Source of the DNA: Vicugna vicugna
Taxonomy: Eukaryota
Direction: 5' to 3'
Assembly (NCBI GenBank): GCA_013265495.1
Contig: MU058337.1
Coordinates: 1,792,777 to 1,856,776 of the forward strand
Length of the DNA: 64,000 nt
Each line of letters opens with the position of its first letter. Position 1 is the stretch's first letter. Position numbers and translations under genes: made by a program. The notes under the pieces were generated by a model. The model did no database searches, was not told the origin of the DNA, and saw only the letters and a program-made list of their open reading frames with translations. Positions 52,909 to 64,000 of the stretch are shown here, piece by piece.

Positions 52909-53570
52909 GTGAGTGCTGGGCCTCTGCCCGCTGGATTTCTTCTGCCTGAAACAAGTTCCCTTGCTTTCTTGCCCTGACCAGCTACAAGCTTCCTTGAGAT
53001 CCCAAACAGGAAGGCATTTATATCCAAGTCTTCCCTGGAAACTTAGGTACCCGTTGTGAACAGTGTTAGTTTTGCCCACCTATTTCCTCTTTCTGATACC
53101 TGGAAATCTCCTCCTTTCAATACCTGCTCCTGTGCCTCGGGTGGGGATTATGACAAAGCCCCACTGTCTCCCTAGTGGGTTGGACACGGGGCCCTGGCTG
53201 GCCAGAGTGATTCTTTGAGAATTAATGTGGATGCTGAGTGAGCCTCCCTCCCCAGACAAGATGACAAAGGACCAGGGGAACCTGGGGCTGACTGCTTTCC
53301 TACAAGGGGGAAGCCTGCCTGAGAAGAAGGCATGGACGGAGCAAGTGCAGAAGGGCCCTGAAGTGGATATTTAAGCCCCCAAGCACACGTCTGCCCTTTG
53401 GACTTGCTGCTTGTGGGACATTCAGTTTCATTTATTCACTTTACTCAGCTTGAGCTTGGCTTCCATTCCTGGCAGGCAAGACTTTTTACTAATAATTCTC
53501 ACCTGTGGCTCCTTGTAATTCCCCCTCCTGACACCTGCCGTGCTTCACCACTAACTGCTCGGTTACTCCT

Positions 53571-54071
53571 GCTGTTAGTTTTCTAGGACTGCCTTTAAGG
53601 ACGAAAACTGGGTGTCTTAAGTCCGCAGGAACCTTTCCTCACAGTCATGGGGTTGGAAGTCCCAAACCAGGATAGTGGCAGGGTCATGCTCTCTGCAGGC
53701 TCTTGCAGGAGAATCGGTCCTGTGCTGTTCTTTTAGCTTCTGTTGTTGCCTGCAACCCTTGTGGTCCTTGGCTTGTAGGAGCATCACTCCAGCCCCACCT
53801 CCATCTTCATGTGGAATTCTTGCTGTGTGTCTTCACATCTTCCCTCTTGTGTCCGTGTGCTTTTCTGTGTCCCTGTTCAATATAAGCTGATGTCCAAATC
53901 CACTTACAAGGACATCAGTTATCCAGCCGCCTTCCCACAGCATTGACCTTACTGTAACTTGTGTATTAATTGCACCTGTGAAAGATCCTATTTACAAATA
54001 AGGGTATGCTTACAATTACCAGGGGTTAAAACTTGAACATGTCTTTTTGGGAGACACAACTCAACCCACAA
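53571..54071 (-). mobile_element. MLT1 (MLT1C-like) solo LTR
   Basis: TGTTAGTTTTCTAGGACTGCC...CTGGGTGTCTTAA...CCTTGTGGTCCTTGGCTTGTAG...GAGACACAACTCAACCCACAA. Confidence 0.8.
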
Positions 54072-54778
54072 CGCTTGGCCACATCATCGTCCATCATCCA
54101 CAAAGTTGTAAACTGAGAGCAGAAACCACATACATCATTTCAGAGCTGCCTTCAGGTGCTCACTTAGCACCTGATACACGGCTCAAAAAGGAAATCTCAC
54201 TGAAGCAGAAAGGAAGAGAGGGTTTCCGGAGAGAGGCAGAGGCTGGCAGCATCAAGTGCTCTCAGAGTTTCAAATAAAGATGGCAACAGTGGAGCATCGG
54301 AGAATTAAGCCCAAGAGGCTTGGTGAGTGCTGTGGTTTGGGCTGAAGTCGTGACAGTAGCATACAAAGTGTGAGGAAGACAAGAAATTGGAAGGAAGTCC
54401 TTCAGGAGTCTCCTCTATGAGAGGCAGGAGAATGACAGCTTTGTTGGAAGAGTGTTTGATTGGCAGAAGATATTTTGATGTTTGAATGTGAAAGTAAGGC
54501 TTCTGAAGACAAGCTGAAAGATCTATGCAAGGAGACAGGAAAATTGATGGAAACTGGCCAGCAGATCTCACTTTCAAACTTGGGCTTGTTCCTGGGGAGC
54601 CCTGGGGGTGAGTACCTGCCGCACCAGGGATGTGGCTCTGGTGGTGGCTTGCTTGGCCTTTCTGCAGGGATCCCACTCTGAGGCTTCATCATGGGTCAGT
54701 CATAAGAGGCTATCTCCTGAGGGTTCCTCCTTTCTCTCTTTGGTTGTGACGTGGGGTGGGAAGGTAGACGGCATTCAC

Positions 54779-55284
54779 TTTTTTCCTTTTTTGAAGAGCT
54801 CAGCTTTTTATTGAATGTGTTAATAAAGAGGTTTAGTCAAAAAGCCCAAAGCCCGTGTCATCATCAGACTCCTCAGATTCCTCTTTTTCTGCTTCTATTT
54901 TCTCTTCAGTGGGGGCAGCAGTGGTGGAGGGGGCAGGACCTCCCGCTGGGGCAGGGCCACCAGCCCCTACATTACAGACGAAGCTCCCAGCGTTGACACT
55001 GGCCAGAGCCTTTGCAAACAAGCCTGGAAAAAAGGTTCAGCATTCACACCAGCTGCTTTAATGAGGGCATTGATCTCATTCTCCGTGACCGTGTCCTCAT
55101 CATTGTGCAGGATGTGGGCCAGTAGATGCAGGCAAGCTCGGAGACGGAGGCCGTGGCACAGGACAGCTCCAGGCGGGCACTGCCAGACACAGTGCTAGTC
55201 TCCAGATGGAGCGCGGGCCTCACCCCAATGCATCCTTAGCTTCCTCAGAAGGACCAAACACCTTAGCAGCAGCAGAGGAAAGGG
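54779..55284 (-). pseudogene. RPLP1: Processed pseudogene of 60S acidic ribosomal protein P1
   Basis: Intronless full-length copy: 5' TOP tract CCCTTTCCTC, 5' UTR, start codon mutated to ACG (55152-55154), single-base deletions in the 5' coding part, a ~5-codon deletion in the Ala/Gly hinge, C-terminus KEESEESDDDTGFGLFD* (stop 54833-54835), AATAAA and poly-A remnant. Confidence 0.97.
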
Positions 55285-55430
55285 AACGTTTTCTTTGTCT
55301 ATACGTATAACTAACATTTTGAAGACTTAATTTCTTTATAGTGTGACTTATTGCTGATCATCCTTCTCATTTGTCCTAGGATTTCCTCCCCCGTGTTCTC
55401 TTTTACTTTAACTTCAAGATGATCCATTGA

Positions 55431-55871
55431 GGAATACTACTCAGCCATAAAGAATGAAATAAAGCCATTTGCAGCAACATGGGTGGATCTAGAGATAATC
55501 ATACTAAGTAAGTCAGACAGAGAAAGACAAATACACGATATCACTTACATGTGTAATCTAAAAAAAAGATGCAAAACAACTTACAAACCAGAAATAGAAT
55601 CAGAGACAGAAAAACTATGGTTACCAAAGGGGAAGTGTAGGGAGGAATGAATTCAGAGTTCGGGACTAACATAGACACACTGCTATATGTAAATAAATAA
55701 GGACCTGTGCAGCATAGGGAACTATATTCAATACCTTATAATAACCTATAATGGAGAAGAATCTGAAAGTGTGTGTGTGCATATATACATATATAAAAAA
55801 AACCCAAATCTTGCTGTACACCTAAAACTAACACAGCATCGTAAATCAACTACTTCAATAAAAAAAAATTA
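55431..55871 (+). mobile_element. 5'-truncated L1 with perfect 15-bp TSD
   Basis: GGAATACTACTCAGCCATAAAG...CCATTTGCAGCAACATGG...poly-A; TSD AAGATGATCCATTGA at 55416-55430 and 55872-55886. Confidence 0.93.
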
Positions 55872-57520
55872 AAGATGATCCATTGAAACAATCTCCCCAG
55901 GGCATCTTGTCTACCGGACTAGTTTGAAGCCCTGTCTCATGAACCCAACAACGTTACGAGGCAGCGGCTACCATGTTGGTTCATCCATTCCACTTGTGGA
56001 TGCGTTTCCCCTTCATGACTTCTGTAGAATTAGCTCATCCTCGAGCTGGAAGGAGCCTTGGTCATCCAGACAAAGATCTTGACCACCTGCCCAAATCCTG
56101 CCAGGCTCTTCCCGACGAGTGGGTGAACACTCCTGGTGATGGGGAGCACTTGTCTTCAGATGACAGCTCATGCTCTCTTCAGATGGCTCTAACCCTTAGA
56201 ACATCCTTCCTTCTACTGAACTAAAATCAAGCCCTCTATAATTTTCACGAACCTGACAACTGAGTGTTTGAAGATGGTGAGCTGGACCTCTGAGTCTCTC
56301 CTAGGCTGAAGAGTCTCCATTCTTCCACATCCCCAGCTTTTTCAACTGTTCTTCAAATGTCAAGTTTCCTGCCTTTTGTTGTCTTGTCTATATTTCTCTT
56401 AAAGCACCAAACCTTTTTAGAACTTTCTGAAAGTATGGGCACCAGAGCCCTCCAGGTGGTGTTTTGAGCAGCAAACATAGACCAGAATATCATCTCCATT
56501 TTTCTATAATAGGGAAAATTGCCAGCAGTCACACTCTGAGGATACCTTCTTGTTGGAGACGCCTCTCACCGACCACAGCTGGGCCTTCTTTGTTCATCCC
56601 TCAGTCGTGTTGTCATGATCGGTTCCTCCATTCAGGACAAATCTATTGAGTGTGTTAAGTATTCTGGTGCACGCTGGGCACCAAAGAACAGAATAAGCTC
56701 ATCTCTGCCATAAAGGGGAGCAGGATCGAGTTAGAATAAAATACGGGATCACAACATGGAGGGGACAGATGGATCAGAAGGAGAATGTTTTGCCTTGGAG
56801 AAAGGAAATAGATCAAGGTGGGTAGAAACAGAAAGTGTCACACGGATGAATGCATTCATTCATCCAGCAAATATTGAAGTCGATAGTTGATCTGAGCACT
56901 GAAGACCCAGGAGTGAACGAAAAAAAAAGTGCCTTTCTTCTTGAAGCTCATAATTCAATAAGAAGGGGGAAAACACAGGGTATGTGAAAGCCTTCCTCTG
57001 GAAGAGGGGTCTGCAGACCAGGGCGTCCTGGCCAAGCCCGGCCTGCCACTTGTTCACGCAGACAGCATCACCAGAGTTCCGCTCACTGGTGGAGCTACTG
57101 TCGGGTGTGCCCCTCCCACAGGGATGGAGCTGTATCACTGTGTGCAGAGACCACAGGGCTGAAAATGTTGGCTCTGGCCCTCAAAGGAAAAGTTGACTTA
57201 TCCCTGATCTAGAAAAATAAGACAGATGAGGGAGGAGTGAGGGGGAGAGGGCTCCTCTTCAGAGGGGTTGGTCAGGAAGCCACACTGATGAGGTGACATT
57301 TGAACGTAGACCGTGAAGGATGGCTGGGGCGGAAGAATATTCCAGGTAGAAGAAAAGGCAAATCCTCCCCCCCCCAAAAAAAAACCCAGACCAAAATCTG
57401 GAGTGAGCTCAGAGGATCCAGGTCACACAGGTGTTGTCGGGCCTTTACCAGGACGCAGCGGGCAGACAGGGGCAGGCGAGCAGAGCAGCAGTGATGATTC
57501 AGCCGGTGTTGCGCGAGGCT

Positions 57521-57556
57521 GGGGGCCCGGGGCCGGGGCCGGGGCCGGGGCCGGGG
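57521..57556 (+). repeat. (GGGGCC)4 tract / potential G-quadruplex
   Basis: GGGGGCCC(GGGGCC)4GGGG: six tracts of at least four G. Confidence 0.9.
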
Positions 57557-58125
57557 TTGCGGAGAAGGGTCTGGTGCCTCAGTGGCCTGGGGCCCAGGCT
57601 GGGGTGCTAATGTGGGAGCCAGGGGTACGTGGCCAGACCTTGTGTGCTCCCTGAAGGTAGAGTCAGCATGACTTTTCTGGTGCTGTTGAGTGTGGCATGA
57701 AGGAGGGAGGAGGGTGGTGATAATTCCCTTTTCAAAACCGTCTTAGGAAAGAATTATAAACGGACAGAAAGCTGCAAAATTAGTCCAAGGGATGCCTGCT
57801 GCATTCCACCGTCTGCTTTGTTTGTCCCCCTCGCTCTCTTGAGGATGTGCATATAATGTTACAAACTCTGTGTTTCAACTTTTATCTTGAATCACTTGAG
57901 GATAACTTCTATTTGGCTCTTCACTTCTAAATATAGCAGTATAATTTTTAAGAACAGTTTTCTTCTAATAAATCAAAGAATGAATCTACTTTTCCTGCTC
58001 CTCCCTCCACCCCACTTACATGTGCTTGTGCAACTCATAGGGTATATATTCCAATCGCTGGAGGTGGGGGATACACTGAGAAGTGGGAGAGAACTTTTGG
58101 ATGGCAGGAGGAAATGGGGAGGTTA

Positions 58126-59056
58126 ATTTTTTTTATTGAAATTCTGGTGTACAGCATAGTGATTCAGTTATATGTATGTGAATATTTATATTTCTCATTA
58201 TAGATTATTACAAGATATTGAATGTCATTCCCTCTGTTATAAGTAAGACCTTGTTATCTATTCTGTATACAGTAGTATCCGCAAATCCTGAACTTCCAGT
58301 TTATCCCTCCTCCCCTCCCCTTTCCCGCCAGTTACAAGTGTGTTTTCTACGTCTGGGAGTCTGTTTCTGTTCTGTAAATAAGTTCATTTGTGTCATTTTT
58401 AAAGATTCCACTTATAAGTGATATATGGTATTTTTCTTTCTCTTTCTGGCTTACTTCACTTAGAATGATGCTCTCCAGATCCATCCATGTTGATGCAAAT
58501 GACATTTTTTTTTGTGGCTGAGTAGTATTCCATTGTATAAATATACCACATCTTCTTTATCCAGTCATCTGTTGATGGACATTTAGGTTGTTTTCATATC
58601 TTGGCTATTGTAAATAGTGCCGCTTTGAACATGGGGGTGCATGTATCTTTTTGAATTAGAGGTCCCTCCAGATATATGCCCAGGAGTGGGATTGCTAGAT
58701 CATAGGGTAAGTCTATTTTCAGTTTTGTAAGGAATATCCATACTGTTTTCCACAGACGCTGCAGCAAACTACATTCCCACCAACAGTTTAGGACAGTTTT
58801 CCCACACCCTCTCCAGCATTTATTGTTTGTGGACTTTAAATGATGGCTGTTCTGACCAGTGTGAGGTGATAACCTTGTTGTAGTTTTGATTTGCATTTCT
58901 CTGATAGTTAATGATATTGAACATTTTTTTTCATGTTCCTATTGGCCATTTGTATGTCTTCATTGAAGAAATGTCAGTTTAAGTCTTCTGCCCATTTTTT
59001 TGATTTTTTGGTTTGTTTTGTTTCGTTACTGAGTTACACGAGCTCTTTGTATATTG
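58126..59056 (-). mobile_element. L1 fragment with ORF2 C-terminal remnant and 3' UTR
   Basis: Track ORF 58594-58896 (MQIKTT...[43 protein letters not shown]) matches the L1 ORF2p C-terminus; truncated and disrupted. Confidence 0.95.
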
Positions 59057-60604
59057 AGCTGAACCCTAATGCCCCTGTAATATGCACTGGACCTTGGGGT
59101 TTCGTGGGTCTTGCTCTACCTCTGAAATAGCGTTTAAGTGACGTTTTCTTTGTGTCATCTTTTCACCTTAGAAAACAGGTTACTAAACAGTTCACTGTGT
59201 CAGATTTTTTCAGTTTGCTGTGTGTCCTAACTTCCAGATTGTTACATTTGATAAGACATGTATCTTTCAAGTGTTTGTATTTTAGTGTTGTATGCTTATT
59301 TTGGAGGAACTGAACAACCCAAGGGATCTTTCAGTCTTAAGATTCCTACTTTTTTAAATAAAATACATGACTTAAAGAACTTTTAAAGGAGATCAGAAAT
59401 GCTAAAAAGTTATTTGATAGAGAAATGTATCTTTTAAAGCAGAAGTAGATACACCTCAAACTTGAAACTATCAGTGACATTTGACAACTAAGCACGTGTC
59501 AGCCTCAGCGACCCCTTTGGTCTTAGTACATAACTCATCTCAAAGCTAGAGGGCTTCATGTTCGTGTGTTCCACCAGACCACATAGAACTTCATTTCATA
59601 AAACTTTGGTTGAGCAGCTGGAAAAAGTGAGGCAGGCTTGGTTTCCTTGGTTAATCCATTTCAGAGAACATGAAAGAATGTTATCATTGATTACACAGAA
59701 TAAAGACCAGGGGTAAGATTCAATAAATACACACTTACAACCAATTACTGTTAGGTTTTAATTTAATTTGGTTCTTTGCTTGAAGCCAAACTTTGTCCTA
59801 AACTAATGGCTAGATTCTTCACTTGTGAAACTTTTAATTACTTCGTAGTTCTCTCAGAAGAGAATCAAGAAATCAAGCTCATGTTTTTGCCTCTCATCAT
59901 AATCCTTGGATAAAGGCAAGCGGGACCCTTTGGAGAGATGAGGCTTTTGAAGGAAAATGCATATGTAATTGGTTGTGTGGTTTGGATGAGGAGGAAAGAG
60001 ATTGGAAATTTGTGGGCCTCATTTAAGGTTTAAAATGCAAGTTTTAATCAAGCACAGATCTTAAAAGCATAAAGGTCACTGCCCACAATTGGTTGGAATA
60101 TAACTCAGTGTATTTCAAGTGTGTTACATTATCTCTGGAGTTTCTCACTTTAGCGGGATTTAATGTAACTTAATGCAAGGCAAGATAACAATGGAAACAG
60201 AATACAAAGCTGCTAAGGTGTTCTTTTCTCTGCATAAAAATAGAAACAACACACTGAAATATTCTGATTCTAATGGCCTGTTTTCCCACTAAAATAAATA
60301 ACATGTTTTCATAAGGTAATTATTTTATATGATGAGTTATCTGTAAAGCAGAAACAGTTGTCTTTTGCAAATCAGCTAAGATACAATCATTATTTCCGTT
60401 CATGAGTCTACAATGCTGTACCCAAAGGATGACCTGTTCATAGTTAATTTAGTGTCATTTCAAGATTTATTTTGAAATAGCGGAGTCATAAGGCTTAGGG
60501 CATCATCCATTCAATGAGCATCATTTAATAAACATGAGTGGAACCCTGGCATTTCCACATCATGTGCTTGATACCGGGGCTGACAAGAGCTTTGCGTAGA
60601 GTGA

Positions 60605-60796
60605 AACCTACTGTCTCACCTGGGGGAGATTGTTCTCAGGGGGCCCTTGGCAATGCCTGTAGACAGTTTTGGATGTTAGGACTAGTGAGTAGAGATCCGG
60701 GGTGCTGTGAAAGATTTTACGATGCCCATGACAGTCCCCAACAAAAAAGAATTATCTAGTACAAAATGACAACAGCTCTGAGGTCGAGACATCCTG
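60605..60796. mobile_element. MER20 hAT fossil
   Basis: CCTGGGGGAGATT...TTGGCAATGCCTGTAGACAGTTTTGG...ACAGTCCCCAACAAAAAAGAATTATCTAG..CAAAATG..CTGAGGTCGAGACATCCTG. Confidence 0.8.
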
Positions 60797-61696
60797 GCCT
60801 AGAAGGAGCAAATGAGGAACAGCTGCAGCTTGACAAGGACCAAGGTGGAGGTGTCGTACATGTGGCGCGCTCACAGCTCGGGAGGCGGCGTTCGGCCTCG
60901 GCGGTGGTGCGTGGAGGCGCTGTTACAGGTGAGGATTCCTAAACGAAGCATCTTCTTAGCCTAGGCTTAGGTGCTGAGTAGAAATTCACTTGACAGTTGA
61001 AGAAAGGTGAGTTTTCTGGTGGAGGAAACGTCATACGCAAAGTCATAGAAGCAAGAGATACTCCAGAGTGATTGGTGTATTACGGCAGCATTAGGCTAGC
61101 CAGAGCTTAGAGCCATGTGAGGGACAGGAGACAGATGACTCCGAGGGGCCGGATGAAGAGCTGGTCCTGCGCGGTGAAGAGATTGGGCCACCTTGTCTAC
61201 CAGCAGAGAGTCACTGAAAACTCATGAGCAGGGCAGCGCTACTGTTGAGTCTTGGGGCCTTTGGACAGTTGTATGGAACCTAGTCTGGAACCATAATCGT
61301 TGGAACCGATTAATTGTCTAGAGTAGGTAAGAGACAATGAGACATCTCTGAAGACATTTAGGAAGCAAGATAGAGACCTTTGGAACAAACTTACTGTGGT
61401 GAGAAGGGAAGGAGTTGAACACCCCTAGGTTTTGGCTCGAGATGCTGGTGTCGTTACAGGAAACGAATCAGTGCTGAGAAAGGGAGTGGACTCGGGTTTG
61501 GACTCGGCGTGGCTAGCTGGGGGCAGTGGCTTGTCTACAAGTGCTCAGGGCAACTCTGTACATTTAGATGGAAAGGAATTCCATGATGGGAATCTTAGGA
61601 ACACAGACTTGAGAGGCAAGGCAGCCACAGGTGGGGCCGTGAAAGGAACAGAGGACCAAACAGAAGCAGAAAGGAAGTCAAAGAGCATGGTCAGCA

Positions 61697-62048
61697 CTAC
61701 TGACTGAAATGTTTATGTTCCCACAAGACTCATATGTTGAGAACTTGATCCTTGGTGATATTTGAAGATCGGGCTTTGGGGAAGTGATTAGGTCATGAGG
61801 GCAGAGCCTTCACGAATGGGATTAGTGTTGTTATAAAAGAGACCCCAAGGAGCTCTCACACCCACTCTGCTCTGTGAGGACACGTGGAGAAGACGGTCGT
61901 CTGTGGGCCAGGAAGCAGGTCCTCATCAGACACTGAATCTGTCAGTGTCTTGGTCCCAGACTTCCAGTCCCCAGAACTGTCGGTGGCTTAGAAACAAATG
62001 TTTCTCCGTCAGCACCATTCTGTTGTAGCAGCCTGAATGGACTAAGGC
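61697..62048 (+). mobile_element. MLT1A-like solo LTR nested in L2
   Basis: GTGATTAGGTCATGAGGGCAGAGCCTTCACGAATGGGATTAGTG..TTATAAAAGAGACCCC..GACTTCCAG..CCAGAACTGT..TGTTGTAGCAGCCTGAATGGACTAAG; L2-like sequence on both sides (~60900-62300). Confidence 0.88.
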
Positions 62049-64000
62049 TGTTGGAGTCCAATTAGGATGGTTTCAGGGATGGTGCTCCCATCAGTGTCAA
62101 AGATACCGTGTCGAAGGTGACAGAAGTCCACTTGCTTGGAGCCCACTGAGTTGGGTAACATATAGAGGTCACTGGTCACCTGCAAGAGAACAGCTCTGGT
62201 GGTAGGATGTGTGTGGGATGACACTGGGATCAAAGGGTCTAGAGAGGGAGGGGATGTGAGACAGTGAGTGCCCTGCACTTTTTAAGGAAATTTGCCTGAA
62301 ATTGGAGTCAGAGGGTAAATAGCGATACTTAAAGCTGGAATTGAAACGGACAAGCTTATCTGCTGAGTGTGCAAGGCCAGCAGTGCTGTTCTGTCTCCTT
62401 TGATTGTTTTTTCACGTTTACATTGCTATTTTTGATTTTTAAGTTTACATTGCTATTTTTGAGATTATAATTGTTACTAAGACTGGATTGAACCATCAAG
62501 CTCTGCTAGACATAATACCGAGAGCATGAAAGGAGGTAGGCTTGACTGAAAACATTCAACATTTCAGTTTCCATACAACAAAAGGGACATTCCTTTTAGG
62601 TTAGATGAACTTCGGGTGGGAAAGTGGTTCAGAGTCGCAGACAGGCAGCTGAGAAGCGTGGGTGCAGTTTGTTTTCCGTTGAGGGACGCAAGCAGACAAA
62701 GAGGGAGGCTCTGAATTGCACTGCAGGCAGCAAGATGGAAAACACTTTTTCTTAAAACTTTTGCTAGTTTTAACAACGGAATGAACAGAATGAAAAGCAG
62801 GAGCCCAGCCCAGAAAGGAGCTTCCTGCTTGGCATGCAGAAAACTTTTAATTATAAATGTTTGGTTGGCTGTGGGAATACTGTCTGATGGGAGCTTCTGC
62901 TGAAGCATCTTTACCTAAAATGAGAAGTGGTCGTACAGAGGTTTTTTTTCAATATGTTCAACGTGCAGCTGTCCAAAAGAATTCTGCGTGAGCTTCTGTA
63001 ATGTAGTTCTTTCTTATCCATCCTGAAACAGTATGCTTATTATGTTCATTAAATTTCTGTTAATATTCTTCCACCGACTTTCTCGATTCTAGATAATTAA
63101 TGCAGTGTTCTCCTTATCTCAGTAACGGTTCGTATTTAACAGCATCCGTTGAGGTACTGGGTACATACTAGGCAGCCAAACATATATTGGAAATTGAACT
63201 GAAATATACACACTGGAATACAGAATAAAAAGAGGGGAGAAGCTATCCAGATATGATAAAATGAATGCACACATCTGGTATTTTTACTGGCTAAATTTAA
63301 TTAAAAGCCTGTAAAGAAAGCATCTATGGACTGTTTCAAATCTACTGTCATCAAGAGCTTCCAGAGAATCAGCATTCATTTATTGAGAGCCTTTTAAATA
63401 CGCCAAAGGACATGAATTCAGGCTTTGGGATCAGGCTCTTTAACAGCTCCAGGGAGTACCTCTGGCCTTATTTGCCATGTCTCCTTAACTGGCTCACCTC
63501 TAAAATGGGCAAAGCGCTATCTGCTTCATAGGGATGATGCAAAATGTAATGCAAAATGAACAGCGGTACCATTTCTTGAATGAGGGATTAGGGTTGCTTA
63601 TTTTGTCAAGTATTATGGAAAACACGTTAGAGACAGTGTTTGCATCTTGATGCAGTGGAGGGACCCTGACAACTCCACCCTCCTGAGCTGGAAAATAATC
63701 TCCAAAAGTCATCTACGGGAGTTAGGCTAAACATGACTACTGAGATGTAGAATGACTTCATGACATTCAGTTCTTTAAAGTTAGGTCAAGCCATTTGAAA
63801 TCATTCTTACAGGTCAAATAGTCAAGGTTTGGCAATTTCATCTGGTCCAAACTAACACAGCTACATTCATCTAAAAATACATTTCAAATTGTACCCTAAA
63901 AACAAACGGTGGACTTGGGTGCATTCTCCTGTGAGCCACTGGACTAACTGGCATACTCTCAGCATGGAGGGGGCAGTTTTTCCCATTGCTTTGAAATGCA

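Noticed and set aside
54460..54681. ORF MAEDILMFECESK... with internal GGG|GTGAGT donor
   Set aside because: Non-ATG start, no convincing acceptor, adjacent to L2-like purine-rich sequence, no recognisable homology.
58594..58896. L1 ORF2-like ORF as an active or domesticated gene
   Set aside because: Short C-terminal remnant with disruptions, inside a 5'-truncated L1.
1..64000. Scattered AP-1 (TGASTCA), CRE, partial CTCF motifs and isolated GTAAGT/GTGAGT donors; search for known miRNA sequences
   Set aside because: Counts not clearly above chance and lacking partner signals; I recognised no mature miRNA, snoRNA or snRNA sequence by eye.

Overview
Mammalian genomic DNA, very probably camelid (alpaca/camel). 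It carries three tRNA-Ala(AGC)-headed Vic-1-type SINEs and several cetartiodactyl-type L1 3' ends. The window is mostly intergenic or intronic and repeat-rich: L1, L2, MIR, MaLR/MLT1, MLT2, hAT and Tigger fossils, microsatellites and one 50-N assembly gap. No ORF in the track looks like an intact protein-coding gene. The only securely identified gene-derived sequence is a full-length processed RPLP1 pseudogene on the minus strand (~54.78-55.28 kb). The most interesting locus is a CpG island at ~51.5-52.7 kb. It appears to be built from a GC/CpG-shifted MLT1 (MaLR) LTR, contains GC-box, E-box and NRF1 motifs followed by a perfect (GCGGCAGAC)19 array, and ends in a strong splice donor with a candidate second exon downstream. 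Weaker candidates are 3' exons of an unidentified + strand gene (1.6-3.75 kb) and short minus-strand exons (34.5-41.5 kb). Repeat family names come from remembered consensus similarity, not a database search, and boundaries without a stated target-site duplication (TSD) are approximate.
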